In this document: positions 25,651 to 40,296 of the stretch, piece by piece | Layout of the letters: each line of letters begins with the position of its first letter | Numbering within the stretch: the stretch's first letter is position 1 | NCBI RefSeq assembly: GCF_044324875.1 | Contig: NZ_CP172185.1 | Reading direction: 5' to 3' (one strand) | Length of the DNA stretch: 64,000 nt | DNA from: Escherichia coli | GTDB lineage: Bacteria > Pseudomonadota > Gammaproteobacteria > Enterobacterales > Enterobacteriaceae | Notes under the pieces: generated by a model | The model's database searches: none | What the model was told of the DNA's origin: nothing | What the model saw: the letters and a program-made list of their open reading frames with translations, nothing else | Position numbers and translations under genes: made by a program

Positions 25651-25934
25651 ATTCATCTCCAGTGTTGTCGGGCGGCCGATTGTTAATGCCGCGTAAGCAG
25701 TTGGTTCATTATAGTTAATTAAATGATATTGAAAATGATTATCAATGCCGTACTTTTCGTAAGGGTATGGTTTTGCAGGAAAATGCCCGAGATGTGAAGC
25801 AAATCACCCACTTAATGCCGTGATTGCCAGTAAATCGACAACGGCGGCAACAGGCGAAAGGTTAATCGACAGCACGATTTTTACACTCATCTCGTCGGAG
25901 ATGTGACGCGACGAAAAATGATGAGGATAAGAAG

Positions 25935-26969
25935 ATGAGTAACGCGATTACGATGGGGATATTTTGGCATTTGATCGGCGCGGCCAGTGCAGCCTGTTTT
26001 TACGCTCCGTTCAAAAAAGTAAAAAAATGGTCATGGGAAACCATGTGGTCAGTTGGTGGGATTGTTTCGTGGATTATTCTGCCGTGGGCCATCAGCGCCC
26101 TGTTACTACCGAATTTCTGGGCGTATTACAGCTCGTTTAGTCTCTCTACGCTGCTGCCTGTTTTTCTGTTCGGCGCAATGTGGGGGATTGGTAATATCAA
26201 CTACGGCCTGACCATGCGTTATCTCGGCATGTCGATGGGGATTGGTATCGCCATTGGTATCACGTTGATTGTTGGTACGCTGATGACGCCAATTATCAAC
26301 GGCAATTTCGATGTGTTGATCAATACCGAAGGTGGACGCATGACATTGCTCGGCGTTCTGGTGGCGCTGATTGGTGTAGGGATTGTGACTCGCGCCGGGC
26401 AGTTGAAAGAGCGCAAGATGGGCATTAAAGCCGAAGAGTTCAACCTGAAAAAAGGGCTGGTGCTGGCGGTGATGTGCGGCATTTTCTCTGCCGGAATGTC
26501 CTTTGCGATGAACGCCGCAAAACCGATGCATGAAGCCGCTGCCGCACTGGGCGTCGATCCACTGTATGTCGCTCTGCCAAGCTATGTTGTCATCATGGGC
26601 GGCGGCGCGATCATTAACCTCGGTTTCTGCTTCATTCGTCTGGCAAAAGTGAAGGATTTGTCGCTAAAAGCCGACTTCTCGCTGGCAAAACCGCTGATCA
26701 TTCACAATGTGTTACTCTCAGCACTGGGCGGGTTGATGTGGTATCTGCAATTCTTTTTCTATGCCTGGGGCCACGCGCGTATTCCGGCGCAGTATGACTA
26801 CATCAGCTGGATGCTGCATATGAGCTTCTATGTATTGTGCGGCGGTATCGTCGGGCTGGTGCTGAAAGAGTGGAACAATGCAGGTCGCCGTCCGGTAACG
26901 GTGTTGAGCCTCGGTTGTGTGGTGATTATTGTTGCCGCCAACATCGTCGGCATGGGCATGGCGAATTAA
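25935..26969 (+). CDS. rhaT: L-rhamnose-proton symporter RhaT
   Basis: 344 aa polytopic membrane protein. Confidence 0.9.
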   Translation: MSNAITMGIFWHLIGAASAACFYAPFKKVKKWSWETMWSVGGIVSWIILPWAISALLLPNFWAYYSSFSLSTLLPVFLFGAMWGIGNINYGLTMRYLGMSMGIGIAIGITLIVGTLMTPIINGNFDVLINTEGGRMTLLGVLVALIGVGIVTRAGQLKERKMGIKAEEFNLKKGLVLAVMCGIFSAGMSFAMNAAKPMHEAAAALGVDPLYVALPSYVVIMGGGAIINLGFCFIRLAKVKDLSLKADFSLAKPLIIHNVLLSALGGLMWYLQFFFYAWGHARIPAQYDYISWMLHMSFYVLCGGIVGLVLKEWNNAGRRPVTVLSLGCVVIIVAANIVGMGMAN

Positions 26970-27814
26970 TCTTTCTGCGAATTGAGATGACGCCACTGGC
27001 TGGGCGTCATCCCGGTTTCCCGGGTAAACACCACCGAAAAATAGTTACTATCTTCAAAGCCACATTCGGTTGAAATATCACTGATTAACAGGCGGCTATG
27101 CTGGAGAAGATATTGCGCATGACACACTCTGACCTGCCGCAGATATTGATTGATGGTCATTCCAGTCTGCTGGCGAAATTGCTGACGCAAAACGCGCTCA
27201 CTGCACGATGCCTCATCACAAAATTTATCCAGCGCAAAGGGACTTTTCAGGCTGGCCGCCAGCCGGGTAATCAGCTTATCCAGCAACGTTTCGCTGGATG
27301 TTGGCGGCAACGAATCGCTGGTGTAACGATGGCGATTCAGCAACACCACCAACTGCCCGAACAGCAACTCTGCCATTTCGTTAGCAAACGGCACATGCTG
27401 ACTACTTTCATGCTCAAGTTGACCGATAACCTGCCGCGCCTGCGCCATCCCCATGCTACCTAAGCGCCAGTGTGGTTGCCCTGCGCTGGCGCTAAATCCC
27501 GGAATCGCCCCCTGCCAGTCAAGATTCAGCTTCAGCCGCTCCGGGCAATAAATAATATTCTGCAAAACCAGATCGTTAACGGAAGCGTAGGAGTGTTTAT
27601 CGTCAGCATGAATGTAAAAGAGATCGCCACGGGTAATGCGATAAGGGCGATCGTTGAGTACATGCAGACCATTACCGCGCCAGACAATTACCAGCTCACA
27701 AAAATCATGTGTATGTTCGGCAAAGACATCTTGCGGATAACGATCAGCCACAGCGACTGCCTGCTGGTCGCTGGCAAAAAAATCATCTTTGAGAAGTTTT
27801 AACTGATGCGCCAC
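26966..27814 (-). CDS. rhaR: AraC-family activator RhaR
   Basis: ORF 26966-27925; start set at the GTG giving (M)[12 protein letters not shown]... (282 aa); an upstream ATG at 27904 is the alternative. Confidence 0.8.
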   Translation of the reverse strand: MAHQLKLLKDDFFASDQQAVAVADRYPQDVFAEHTHDFCELVIVWRGNGLHVLNDRPYRITRGDLFYIHADDKHSYASVNDLVLQNIIYCPERLKLNLDWQGAIPGFSASAGQPHWRLGSMGMAQARQVIGQLEHESSQHVPFANEMAELLFGQLVVLLNRHRYTSDSLPPTSSETLLDKLITRLAASLKSPFALDKFCDEASCSERVLRQQFRQQTGMTINQYLRQVRVCHAQYLLQHSRLLISDISTECGFEDSNYFSVVFTRETGMTPSQWRHLNSQKD

Positions 27815-27887
27815 CGTGGCTACCTCGGCCAGAGAACGAAGTTGATTATTCGCAATATGGCGTACAAATACGTTGAGTAGATTCGCG

Positions 27888-28724
27888 TTATTGCAGAAAG
27901 CCATCCCGTCCCTGGCGAATATCACGCGGTGACCAGTTAAACTCTCGGCGAAAAAGCGTCGAAAAGTGGTTACTGTCGCTGAATCCGCAGCGATAGGCGA
28001 TGTCAGTAACGCTGGCCTCGCTGTGGCGTAGCAGATGTCGGGCTTTCATCAGTCGCAGGCGGTTCAGGTAACGCTGAGGCGTCAGTCCCGTTTTCTGCTT
28101 AAGCTGCCGATGTAGCGTACGCAGCGAAAGAGAAAATTGATCCGCCACGGCATCCCAATTCACCTCATCGGCAAAATGGTCCTCCAGCCAGGCCAGAAGC
28201 AAGTTGAGACGTGACGCGCTGTTTTCCAGGTTCTCCTGCAAACTGCTTTTACGCAGCAAGAGCAGTAATTGCATAAATAAGATCTCGCGACTGGCGGTCG
28301 AGGGTAAATCATTTTCCTCTTCCTGCTGTTCCATCTGTGCAACCAGCTGTCGCACCTGCTGCAACACGCTGTGGTTAACGCGCCAGTGAGACGGATACTG
28401 CCCATCCTGCTCTTGTGGCAGCAACTGATTCAGCCCGGCGAGAAACTGAAATCGATCCGGCGAGCGATACAGCACATTGGTCAGACACAGATTATCGGTA
28501 TGTTCATACAGATGCCGATCATGATCGCGTACGAAACAGACCGTCCCACCGGTGATGGTATAGGGATGCCCATTAAACACATGAATACCCGTGCCATGTT
28601 CGACAATCACAATTTCATGAAAATCATGATGATGTTCAGGAAAATCCGCCTGCGGGAGCCGGGGTTCTATCGCCACGGACGCGTTACCAGACGGAAAAAA
28701 ATCCACACTATGTAATACGGTCAT
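27888..28724 (-). CDS. rhaS: AraC-family activator RhaS
   Basis: 278 aa, [44 protein letters not shown]... Confidence 0.9.
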   Translation of the reverse strand: MTVLHSVDFFPSGNASVAIEPRLPQADFPEHHHDFHEIVIVEHGTGIHVFNGHPYTITGGTVCFVRDHDRHLYEHTDNLCLTNVLYRSPDRFQFLAGLNQLLPQEQDGQYPSHWRVNHSVLQQVRQLVAQMEQQEEENDLPSTASREILFMQLLLLLRKSSLQENLENSASRLNLLLAWLEDHFADEVNWDAVADQFSLSLRTLHRQLKQKTGLTPQRYLNRLRLMKARHLLRHSEASVTDIAYRCGFSDSNHFSTLFRREFNWSPRDIRQGRDGFLQ

Positions 28725-31737
<3,013 letters not shown>

Positions 31738-31743
31738 ACACTG

Positions 31744-31800
31744 CCGGATGCGGCGCGAGCGCCTTATTCGGCCGACAGATCGTGCATCCGACAACACCGA
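31744..31800. repeat. REP element between rhaA and rhaD
   Basis: gccggatgcggcgcgagcgccttattcggcc plus an adjacent partial palindrome. Confidence 0.6.
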
Positions 31801-31819
31801 ATTTACAGGAACACCGAAC

Positions 31820-32644
31820 ATGCAAAACATTACTCAGTCCTGGTTTGTCCAGGGAATGATTAAAGCCACCACCGACGCCTGGCTGAAAGGCTGGGACGAG
31901 CGCAACGGCGGCAACCTGACGCTACGCCTGGATGACGCCGATATCGCGCCTTATCACGACAACTTTCATGCACAACCGCGCTATATCCCGCTCAGCCAGC
32001 CCATGCCTTTACTGGCAAATACACCGTTTATTGTCACCGGCTCCGGCAAATTCTTCCGCAACGTCCAGCTTGATCCTGCGGCTAACTTAGGCGTCGTAAA
32101 AGTCGACAGCGACGGCGCGGGCTACCACATTCTCTGGGGGCTAACTCACGAAGCCGTTCCAACCTCTGAACTCCCGGCGCACTTCCTCTCCCACTGCGAA
32201 CGCATTAAAGCCACCAACGGTAAAGATCGGGTGATCATGCACTGCCATGCCACCAACCTGATCGCCCTTACCTACGTACTGGAAAACGACACCGCGGTCT
32301 TCACTCGCCAACTGTGGGAAGGCAGCACCGAATGTCTGGTAGTGTTCCCGGATGGCGTCGGCATTTTGCCGTGGATGGTGCCCGGCACCGACGAAATCGG
32401 CCAGGCGACCGCACAGGAAATGCAAAAACATTCGCTGGTGTTGTGGCCCTTCCACGGCGTCTTCGGCAGCGGTCCGACACTGGATGAAACATTCGGTTTA
32501 ATCGACACCGCAGAAAAATCAGCACAAGTATTAGTGAAGGTTTATTCGATGGGCGGCATGAAACAGACCATCAGTCGTGAAGAGCTGATAGCGCTCGGCC
32601 AGCGTTTCGGCGTTACACCACTCGCCAGTGCGCTGGCGCTGTAA
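31820..32644 (+). CDS. rhaD: rhamnulose-1-phosphate aldolase
   Basis: ORF 31730-32644; [37 protein letters not shown]... from the ATG at 31820. Confidence 0.95.
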   Translation: MQNITQSWFVQGMIKATTDAWLKGWDERNGGNLTLRLDDADIAPYHDNFHAQPRYIPLSQPMPLLANTPFIVTGSGKFFRNVQLDPAANLGVVKVDSDGAGYHILWGLTHEAVPTSELPAHFLSHCERIKATNGKDRVIMHCHATNLIALTYVLENDTAVFTRQLWEGSTECLVVFPDGVGILPWMVPGTDEIGQATAQEMQKHSLVLWPFHGVFGSGPTLDETFGLIDTAEKSAQVLVKVYSMGGMKQTISREELIALGQRFGVTPLASALAL

Positions 32645-32653
32645 GGAGCAAAC

Positions 32654-32968
32654 ATGATCCGCAAAGCCTTTGTCATGCAGGTTAACCCCGACGCCCACGA
32701 AGAGTATCAGCGTCGGCATAATCCAATCTGGCCGGAACTGGAAGCAGTGTTGAAATCTCACGGTGCGCATAACTACGCCATTTACCTCGACAAAGCGCGT
32801 AATCTGCTGTTTGCCACGGTAGAGATTGAATCTGAAGAACGGTGGAATGCGGTAGCCAGTACTGATGTTTGCCAACGTTGGTGGAAGTATATGACCGACG
32901 TTATGCCCGCTAACCCGGATAACAGCCCGGTGAGTAGCGAGCTGCAAGAAGTGTTTTACCTGCCTTAA
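32654..32968 (+). CDS. rhaM: L-rhamnose mutarotase
   Basis: 104 aa, [30 protein letters not shown]... Confidence 0.9.
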
Positions 32969-33008
32969 TGAGTTGCGGTGCCGGAAAATATCCAGCACCG
33001 CGCCTTCA

Positions 33009-34403
33009 TCAGAAGAAGTATTTAAAGCGAACGCGTGCCCCGTAACGGTCATCAGTATCATCACCGTGTTTTTTATCACCGTCGCTATCCAGAATGGAGT
33101 AATACGTCCCGAGGTAAATATTAAAGTTCTCCATATCCATCACATTAGCGAACTGATAAGACGCATGAATGGTATGAATGGTGTACGTCCCTTCATCATC
33201 AATCCAGCAGTCGTTATCACAAACTACACCGCTGAATTCATCAATCTTATTGTGCGCGTAGATATAACCCAGCTCGAAACGTTTCCACAGCGCGTTAATC
33301 CCGGCAGTGAAATCTTTCTCATTATTAGCATCTAAATAGGCGGTATTAAGATTAACCACGACGCCATTTTCCGGATCCGTTTTCAGGCCATTCCAGGTCA
33401 TGCTCATACCATAGCCGGTACGATCGGACTGATCGACAAAATTACCCTTGCTATCGGTATAACCATAAGCATTATTTACTACGTTCGCTTCCATCGCTGC
33501 GGAAACGGTGAATTCTTCCGTCGGCGACCAGGCAATTACTGGACGCAGATAAGCAACATTTTTCTGCCGCTCCATATCGCGTCCATGATAATTACCGTCA
33601 TTATATAAAGATGTTCCGTCTTCAAGTAACGTGTTTAATTCAAAATACCAGTTATCAAGTTGTTTGCTGACGAGGAAATTACCGCCAGCGTTAGAGCGCC
33701 CGCGGCCCTCTTTCATCATATAGATATAACCGCTGCCATCGTCATAAAGATCGTTCGCAGTATTACCGGAATGTTCAACAAAGGTATCCTGATTCAGCGG
33801 GAACATATCGTAGGCTTCAAAACGGCCTACTTTGACCTTCCAGTCGTTTTCTTTGCCAAAGAAGAATACCGCATCATCGATATTTACTGAACCGTGCATG
33901 TCCCCCAGCGGTTGTGCGGAGAACCCGGCGAAATAACCGTTGTCCATCTTTCGCATACCATCAAAACCTAACAGAATACGACCATTGAGATTCCACTGTT
34001 CATTAGTGGGATCGCTATTCACATCAGCGTTGGTCATTGCCAGCAGGCCATGATTACTTTCTGCATCCATATTAAATTCTACGTCGCCGTAGATTTTTAA
34101 ATCGCCATAACCTGAGAGCAAAAGATTAGGTGAGGTGGAATTTTTCTTTGCAGATTCCGCCGTTGCCTGTCCATTTACCGGCGTATTGCCCTGGGCAGCC
34201 TTAATTTCGCGGATCTCAGCGGCTTGTTGTGTCTGCAGCTGTTTAACCTGGCTCTCTGCTTTTGCTGCCCGCATTTCTGCAGCTTCCAGGCGTTCTTCCA
34301 GCAATGCCATGCGTTGTTCCAGCGTTAAATGCTGTGTTTTTGCCATTCCGGTACTACATGCCAATAATAAACCGATGGCTAAAGATAATGTCGATTTTTT
34401 CAT
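33009..34403 (-). CDS. putative outer-membrane carbohydrate porin (OprB/ScrY-like) with N-terminal coiled coil
   Basis: 464 aa; signal peptide MKKSTLSLAIGLLLACSTGMA; coiled-coil segment (LEQRMALLEERLEAAEMRAAKAESQVKQLQ); aromatic/Gly-rich amphipathic strands; C-terminal ...RFKYFF typical of beta-barrels. Confidence 0.7.
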   Translation of the reverse strand: MKKSTLSLAIGLLLACSTGMAKTQHLTLEQRMALLEERLEAAEMRAAKAESQVKQLQTQQAAEIREIKAAQGNTPVNGQATAESAKKNSTSPNLLLSGYGDLKIYGDVEFNMDAESNHGLLAMTNADVNSDPTNEQWNLNGRILLGFDGMRKMDNGYFAGFSAQPLGDMHGSVNIDDAVFFFGKENDWKVKVGRFEAYDMFPLNQDTFVEHSGNTANDLYDDGSGYIYMMKEGRGRSNAGGNFLVSKQLDNWYFELNTLLEDGTSLYNDGNYHGRDMERQKNVAYLRPVIAWSPTEEFTVSAAMEANVVNNAYGYTDSKGNFVDQSDRTGYGMSMTWNGLKTDPENGVVVNLNTAYLDANNEKDFTAGINALWKRFELGYIYAHNKIDEFSGVVCDNDCWIDDEGTYTIHTIHASYQFANVMDMENFNIYLGTYYSILDSDGDKKHGDDTDDRYGARVRFKYFF

Positions 34404-34879
34404 TATTTACGTTCCCTGAAATAAAAGAGACCCTACGCTTTCCAAAAGGAATACGTATATAGAGAAATATAAGGTGTGCACTTTCGAATTTTTAATCCAA
34501 CTTCAGCAGGCCGATGGATAGTATCCCGCTGCATAATATGAGTAAATCCGCTGATTTCCTGGAACGTGAGGAATATAACAATAGTGCCGTTTTTAACCAA
34601 ATATCGTAAAAAACATTAGATATAATTCACGCTGACTCATAAGCCACAAATATAAATAACCTTGCTGCAAAACATGTGCGGCAGTTAAACATTCACAACA
34701 TCATTAAATAATGATTTTTTATTCACTGCATTTATTTTTCCCATCAATATGTGCCTTACACCGCAAAATTTATCCTTCACTCTGCCTTATATTGTCACGA
34801 CTTCACGACATATCCGCGCTCATCACAAAACCGCCCCGCCGTTACAATTAACTATAATATTTTTTCATGGAGTCCAATA

Positions 34880-35326
34880 ATGGCAGCACTTACTGCAAGC
34901 TGTATTGACCTGAATATTCAGGGCAATGGCACTTATTCCGTTCTGAAGCAGTTGGCGACAATGGCGTTACAAAACGATTTTATCACCGACTCACACCAGT
35001 TCCTGCAAACCCTGCTGCTGCGCGAAAAAATGCACTCCACGGGATTTGGTTCCGGCATCGCCGTGCCGCACGGTAAAAGCGCCTGCGTTAAACAACCGTT
35101 CGTGTTATTTGCCCGCAAAGCGCAGGCCATTGACTGGCAGGCCAGCGATGGCGAAGACGTCAATTGTTGGATCTGCCTCGGCGTGCCGCAAAGTGGCGAA
35201 GAGGATCAGGTCAAAATCATCGGCACGCTGTGCCGCAAAATTATCCACCAGGATTTTATCGACCAACTGCGACAGGGCGACGCCGACCAGGTGCTTGCTT
35301 TGTTAAATCAAACCCTCAGCTCATAA
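34880..35326 (+). CDS. frvA: PTS fructose-like EIIA component FrvA
   Basis: ORF 34751-35326; ATG at 34880 gives a 148-aa EIIA-type protein. Confidence 0.8.
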   Translation: MAALTASCIDLNIQGNGTYSVLKQLATMALQNDFITDSHQFLQTLLLREKMHSTGFGSGIAVPHGKSACVKQPFVLFARKAQAIDWQASDGEDVNCWICLGVPQSGEEDQVKIIGTLCRKIIHQDFIDQLRQGDADQVLALLNQTLSS

Positions 35327-35336
35327 GGAAGTGGCG

Positions 35337-36788
35337 ATGGAGTCATCCTTACGTATTGTCGCGATCACCAACTGCCCCGCCGGGATCGCTCACACCTACA
35401 TGGTGGCGGAAGCCCTGGAACAGAAAGCCCGTTCTCTCGGCCATACCATAAAAGTGGAAACTCAAGGATCCAGTGGCGTTGAAAACCGCTTATCCAGCGA
35501 AGAGATTGCCGCTGCCGATTACGTGATTCTCGCCACCGGGCGTGGCCTGAGCGGTGACGATCGCGCGCGGTTTGCCGGGAAAATGGTTTATGAGATTGCC
35601 ATCTCCCAGGCGCTGAAAAATATCGACCAGATTTTCAGTGAATTACCGACAAATTCGCAGCTTTTTGCCGCAGATAGCGGCGTGAAGCTCGGCAAACAGG
35701 AAGTACAAAGCGGCAGCGTGATGAGCCACCTGATGGCGGGTGTCTCTGCGGCGCTGCCGTTTGTCATCGGTGGCGGTATCCTGGTGGCGCTTGCCAACAT
35801 GCTGGTGCAGTTCGGTTTGCCGTATACCGATATGTCGAAAGGCGCGCCGTCGTTTACCTGGGTGGTTGAATCCATCGGTTATCTCGGCTTCACCTTTATG
35901 ATCCCCATCATGGGCGCTTATATTGCCTCGTCGATTGCCGATAAACCCGCTTTCGCTCCGGCGTTTCTGGTTTGCTATCTGGCGAATGACAAAGCCCTGC
36001 TCGGCACCCAGTCTGGCGCGGGCTTCCTCGGCGCGGTGGTGCTGGGGCTGGCGATTGGCTATTTCGTCTTCTGGTTCCGTAAAGTCCGTCTTGGCAAAGC
36101 ATTACAACCGCTGCTCGGCTCCATGCTTATCCCATTCGTTACTCTGCTGGTTTTTGGCGTGCTCACTTACTACGTTATCGGGCCGGTGATGTCCGACCTC
36201 ATGGGCGGGCTGCTCCACTTCCTGAATACCATTCCTCCATCAATGAAGTTTGCGGCAGCGTTTTTGGTCGGTGCGATGCTGGCGTTCGATATGGGCGGCC
36301 CTATCAACAAAACCGCCTGGTTCTTCTGCTTCTCACTGCTGGAAAAACACATTTATGACTGGTACGCCATCGTCGGCGTTGTCGCGCTGATGCCACCTGT
36401 CGCGGCGGGTCTTGCAACGTTCATTGCGCCCAAACTATTTACCCGACAGGAAAAAGAAGCCGCCAGTAGCGCCATAGTGGTCGGTGCCACAGTCGCAACC
36501 GAACCGGCTATTCCTTACGCTCTGGCGGCACCACTGCCAATGATTACCGCCAATACGCTGGCGGGCGGCATTACCGGCGTGCTGGTGATCGCTTTCGGAA
36601 TCAAACGTCTGGCACCGGGTTTAGGTATCTTTGACCCGCTGATCGGCCTGATGTCGCCGGTAGGTTCGTTTTATCTGGTGCTGGCGATTGGCCTCGCGCT
36701 GAACATTTCATTCATTATCGTCCTGAAAGGATTATGGTTACGCCGCAAAGCCAAAGCTGCGCAACAGGAGCTTGTCCATGAACATTGA
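35337..36788 (+). CDS. frvB: PTS fructose-like EIIBC component FrvB
   Basis: ORF 35331-36788; EIIB Cys motif (ITNCPAGIAHTYM) then polytopic EIIC. Confidence 0.9.
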   Translation: MESSLRIVAITNCPAGIAHTYMVAEALEQKARSLGHTIKVETQGSSGVENRLSSEEIAAADYVILATGRGLSGDDRARFAGKMVYEIAISQALKNIDQIFSELPTNSQLFAADSGVKLGKQEVQSGSVMSHLMAGVSAALPFVIGGGILVALANMLVQFGLPYTDMSKGAPSFTWVVESIGYLGFTFMIPIMGAYIASSIADKPAFAPAFLVCYLANDKALLGTQSGAGFLGAVVLGLAIGYFVFWFRKVRLGKALQPLLGSMLIPFVTLLVFGVLTYYVIGPVMSDLMGGLLHFLNTIPPSMKFAAAFLVGAMLAFDMGGPINKTAWFFCFSLLEKHIYDWYAIVGVVALMPPVAAGLATFIAPKLFTRQEKEAASSAIVVGATVATEPAIPYALAAPLPMITANTLAGGITGVLVIAFGIKRLAPGLGIFDPLIGLMSPVGSFYLVLAIGLALNISFIIVLKGLWLRRKAKAAQQELVHEH

Positions 36789-37848
36789 GTTACTGCAACA
36801 GTTGTGCGAAGCCAGCGCCGTCAGCGGCGATGAACAGGAAGTTCGCGACATCCTGATAAACACGCTGGAATCCTGCGTAAATGAAATCACCTTTGATGGT
36901 CTGGGCAGCTTTGTTGCCCGCAAGGGGAATAAAGGTCCAAAAGTTGCCGTTGTCGGGCATATGGATGAAGTCGGCTTTATGGTCACCCATATCGACGAGA
37001 GCGGTTTTCTGCGCTTTACCACCATTGGCGGCTGGTGGAATCAGTCGATGCTCAACCACCGGGTAACCATACGCACACACAAGGGAGTGAAAATCCCTGG
37101 TGTGATTGGTTCCGTCGCGCCTCATGCGTTAACCGAAAAGCAAAAGCAACAACCGCTTTCATTTGATGAGATGTTCATTGATATTGGCGCGTACAGTCGC
37201 GAAGAGGTGGAAAAACGCGGCGTGGAAATTGGCAATTTTATTAGCCCGGAAGCCAATTTTGCCTGCTGGGGCGAAGATAAAGTGGTCGGCAAGGCGCTGG
37301 ATAATCGCATCGGCTGCGCGATGATGGCTGAGCTACTACAGACAGTAAATAACCCCGAAATTACGCTGTACGGCGTCGGCAGCGTGGAAGAAGAAGTTGG
37401 GCTACGCGGGGCACAAACCTCGGCTGAACACATTAAACCGGATGTGGTGATTGTGCTGGATACCGCTGTCGCAGGTGATGTTCCGGGCATTGATAACATT
37501 AAATACCCGCTGAAACTGGGCCAGGGGCCGGGGCTGATGCTGTTTGACAAGCGCTACTTCCCCAACCAGAAACTGGTAGCAGCGTTAAAAAGCTGTGCCA
37601 CGCAGAATGATTTACCGCTGCAATTTTCCACTATGAAAACCGGTGCGACGGATGGCGGGCGCTACAACGTAATGGGCGGCGGGCGTCCGGTTGTCGCGCT
37701 GTGTCTGCCAACTCGTTATCTGCACGCCAACAGCGGTATGATTTCAAAAGCCGATTATGATGCTCTGCTCACGCTGATACGGGGTTTTCTGACGACCTTA
37801 ACTGCGGAGAAAGTCAACGCGTTTAGCCAGTTCCGTCAGGTGGATTAA
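36778..37848 (+). CDS. frvX: M42-family aminopeptidase/endoglucanase-like FrvX
   Basis: ORF 36772-37848; MNIELLQQLCEASAVSGDEQEVRD... Confidence 0.9.
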   Translation: MNIELLQQLCEASAVSGDEQEVRDILINTLESCVNEITFDGLGSFVARKGNKGPKVAVVGHMDEVGFMVTHIDESGFLRFTTIGGWWNQSMLNHRVTIRTHKGVKIPGVIGSVAPHALTEKQKQQPLSFDEMFIDIGAYSREEVEKRGVEIGNFISPEANFACWGEDKVVGKALDNRIGCAMMAELLQTVNNPEITLYGVGSVEEEVGLRGAQTSAEHIKPDVVIVLDTAVAGDVPGIDNIKYPLKLGQGPGLMLFDKRYFPNQKLVAALKSCATQNDLPLQFSTMKTGATDGGRYNVMGGGRPVVALCLPTRYLHANSGMISKADYDALLTLIRGFLTTLTAEKVNAFSQFRQVD

Positions 37849-39596
37849 TGCTAAACGAACGCCAGTTAAAGATTGTCGATCTGCTGGAGCAACAGCCGCG
37901 CACGCCTGGCGAGCTGGCACAACAGACTGGCGTTTCGGGCAGGACCATCCTGCGCGACATTGACTATCTCAACTTTACCCTTAACGGCAAAGCCCGCATT
38001 TCCGCCAGTGGCAACGCGGGCTATCAGCTGGAAATCTTCGAGCGCCGCAGCTTTTTTCAGTTGCTGCAAAAGCACGATAACGACGATCGGCTGCTGGCGC
38101 TGCTATTACTGAATACCTTCACTCCCCGTGCGCAACTCGCCTCGGCGCTTAATTTGCCAGAAACGTGGGTAGCAGAGCGCCTGCCCCGCCTGAAACAGCG
38201 CTATGAACGCGGTTTTTGTCTCGCTAGTCGCCCTGGTTTGGGCCATTTCATTGATGAGACAGAAGAGAAACGCATTATTTTGCTGGCGAATCTTTTACGC
38301 AAAGATCCGTTTTTAATTCCTCTGGCGGGCGTAACACGAGACAACCTTCAGCAATTATCCACGGTCTGCGACAACCAACACCGCTGGCCGCTGATGCAGG
38401 GTGATTATCTCTCCAGCCTGATTCTGGCGATTTACGCCCTGCGTAATCAACTGACCGATGAGTGGCCGCAATATCCCGGTAGCGAGATAAAACAGATCGT
38501 TGAATATAGCGGCCTGTTTCTTGGTGATAACGCTGTAAGAACGTTGACGGGGTTGATAGAAAAACAGCATCAACAGGCGCAGGTTATTTGTGTCGATAAT
38601 GTGCTGGCATTGCTGCAAAGGGTGCCGGGCATTGCGTCATTGAATATTATTGATACGCAACTGGTTGAGAATATTACCGGGCATTTATTACGTTGCCTTG
38701 CCGCACCAGTATGGATTGCTGAGCACCGCCAAAGCAGCATGAATAACCTGAAAGCCGCCTGGCCTGCGGCCTTTGATATGAGTCTGCACTTTATTACGCT
38801 ACTGCGTGAACAGCTCGATATTCCCCTTTTCGACAGCGATCTGATCGGTTTGTATTTTGCCTGTGCGCTGGAACGACATCAAAACGAACGCCAGCCGATC
38901 ATTTTGCTCTCGGACCAGAACGCGATTGCCACTATTAATCAGCTCGCCATTGAGCGCGATGTCCTGAATTGTCGGGTGATTATTGCCCGCAGCCTGAGCG
39001 ATATTACCGCCATTAGCCAGGAGATTACGCCGTTATTGATCGTCAATAACAGCCACTATTTGCTGGATGACGCGGTAAAAAATAGTATTACCATCAAAAA
39101 TATCATTACCGCCGCCGGGATTGAGCAAATTAAACATTTTCTTGCCACGGCATTTATTCGCCAGCAGCCGGAGCGTTTTTTCTCTGCCCCCGGAAGTTTT
39201 CATTTTTCGAATGTACGCGGTGAAAACTGGCAACATATTACCCAGCAAATATGTGCACAATTAGTGACGCAACACCACATTACCGCCGATGAAGCACAAC
39301 GGATCATCGCCCGCGAAGGCGAAGGTGAAAACCTGATTGTTAATCGTCTCGCCATCCCACATTGCTGGAGCGAACAGGAACGCCGTTTTCGTGGATTTTT
39401 TATTACCCTCGCCCAACCGGTTGAGGTGAATAACGAAGTAGTTAACCATGTGCTGATCGCCTGTGCCGCCGCCGATGCGCGTCATGAGCTAAAAATATTT
39501 AGCTATCTGGCAAGCGTATTGTGTCAGCATCCGGCAGAGGTTATTGCCGGGTTAAAAGGATATGAGGCATTTATGGAGTTACTTCACAAGGGGTGA
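37848..39596 (+). CDS. frvR: frv operon regulator FrvR (HTH plus PRD/EIIA-like domains)
   Basis: 582 aa; overlaps the frvX stop. Confidence 0.85.
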   Translation: MLNERQLKIVDLLEQQPRTPGELAQQTGVSGRTILRDIDYLNFTLNGKARISASGNAGYQLEIFERRSFFQLLQKHDNDDRLLALLLLNTFTPRAQLASALNLPETWVAERLPRLKQRYERGFCLASRPGLGHFIDETEEKRIILLANLLRKDPFLIPLAGVTRDNLQQLSTVCDNQHRWPLMQGDYLSSLILAIYALRNQLTDEWPQYPGSEIKQIVEYSGLFLGDNAVRTLTGLIEKQHQQAQVICVDNVLALLQRVPGIASLNIIDTQLVENITGHLLRCLAAPVWIAEHRQSSMNNLKAAWPAAFDMSLHFITLLREQLDIPLFDSDLIGLYFACALERHQNERQPIILLSDQNAIATINQLAIERDVLNCRVIIARSLSDITAISQEITPLLIVNNSHYLLDDAVKNSITIKNIITAAGIEQIKHFLATAFIRQQPERFFSAPGSFHFSNVRGENWQHITQQICAQLVTQHHITADEAQRIIAREGEGENLIVNRLAIPHCWSEQERRFRGFFITLAQPVEVNNEVVNHVLIACAAADARHELKIFSYLASVLCQHPAEVIAGLKGYEAFMELLHKG

Positions 39597-39598
39597 AC

Positions 39599-39626
39599 TG
39601 TGTCGGATGCGCCGCATCCGACACTG
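39599..39626. repeat. REP-like palindrome after frvR
   Basis: gtgtcggatgcgccgcatccgacact. Confidence 0.5.
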
Positions 39627-39645
39627 CATTTATCATCAAAAACGT

Positions 39646-40296
39646 TTAACGCAGGCTATTATAGTCATCGACCATTTCGTTGTACTCGCGTAACGCTCGC
39701 GGAAATGAGTCGTCGACCATCCAGCTGGTGTTTGCATCCTGAAGTTGCTCTTTATCCCAGTCAGAGTACGGAACTTTATCTCTGACGCGGCGAACATATT
39801 TTTTAGCCTCGAGTTGATACTGGTCTGCCGAATTAATGAACGAGAAATTCATACCGCCTTTATCCGCTTCTTTGGCCTGCGCCACCAGCGTTTCCAGTTC
39901 AGAGACTTTCTTCATTGCCGCATCAACATCAAACTTCTCTTGCGAAATCAGGTTATTAATTTGTTTCGCTGAAATCATGACTGCCAGAGAGTAGTAGTGG
40001 AATGTTTTCCCTTCTCTTTGTTCAATATTTTTCAGTTCCGCAAGCTGGCGCTTATCGTTAATTTCCTGAATCGCCGCATGATAAGATTCTGCTACAGGTT
40101 CAAAGGCTTCAAGATTTTTTAAGAATGTCTGGTGCAGCGTTTTCCCTTTCGCAAACGCATCGTCTTTATAATTTTCCTGGGTGTAATATTTATCCATTTC
40201 GTTAATGGTATTACCCAACGCCACGGCAGCATCAATATAACTCACCGCCACGCCATCAATAGGTTGCAGCGCAGGCGTTAACGCCACTACACGCAT
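39646..40296 (-). CDS. yiiG: YiiG-like protein (DUF3829); possibly 5'-truncated versus K-12
   Basis: ORF 39646-40326 (GTG) with internal ATG at 40296; no signal peptide or lipobox at the N-terminus; only ~50 bp separates it from the fdhD stop. Confidence 0.55.
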   Translation of the reverse strand: MRVVALTPALQPIDGVAVSYIDAAVALGNTINEMDKYYTQENYKDDAFAKGKTLHQTFLKNLEAFEPVAESYHAAIQEINDKRQLAELKNIEQREGKTFHYYSLAVMISAKQINNLISQEKFDVDAAMKKVSELETLVAQAKEADKGGMNFSFINSADQYQLEAKKYVRRVRDKVPYSDWDKEQLQDANTSWMVDDSFPRALREYNEMVDDYNSLR

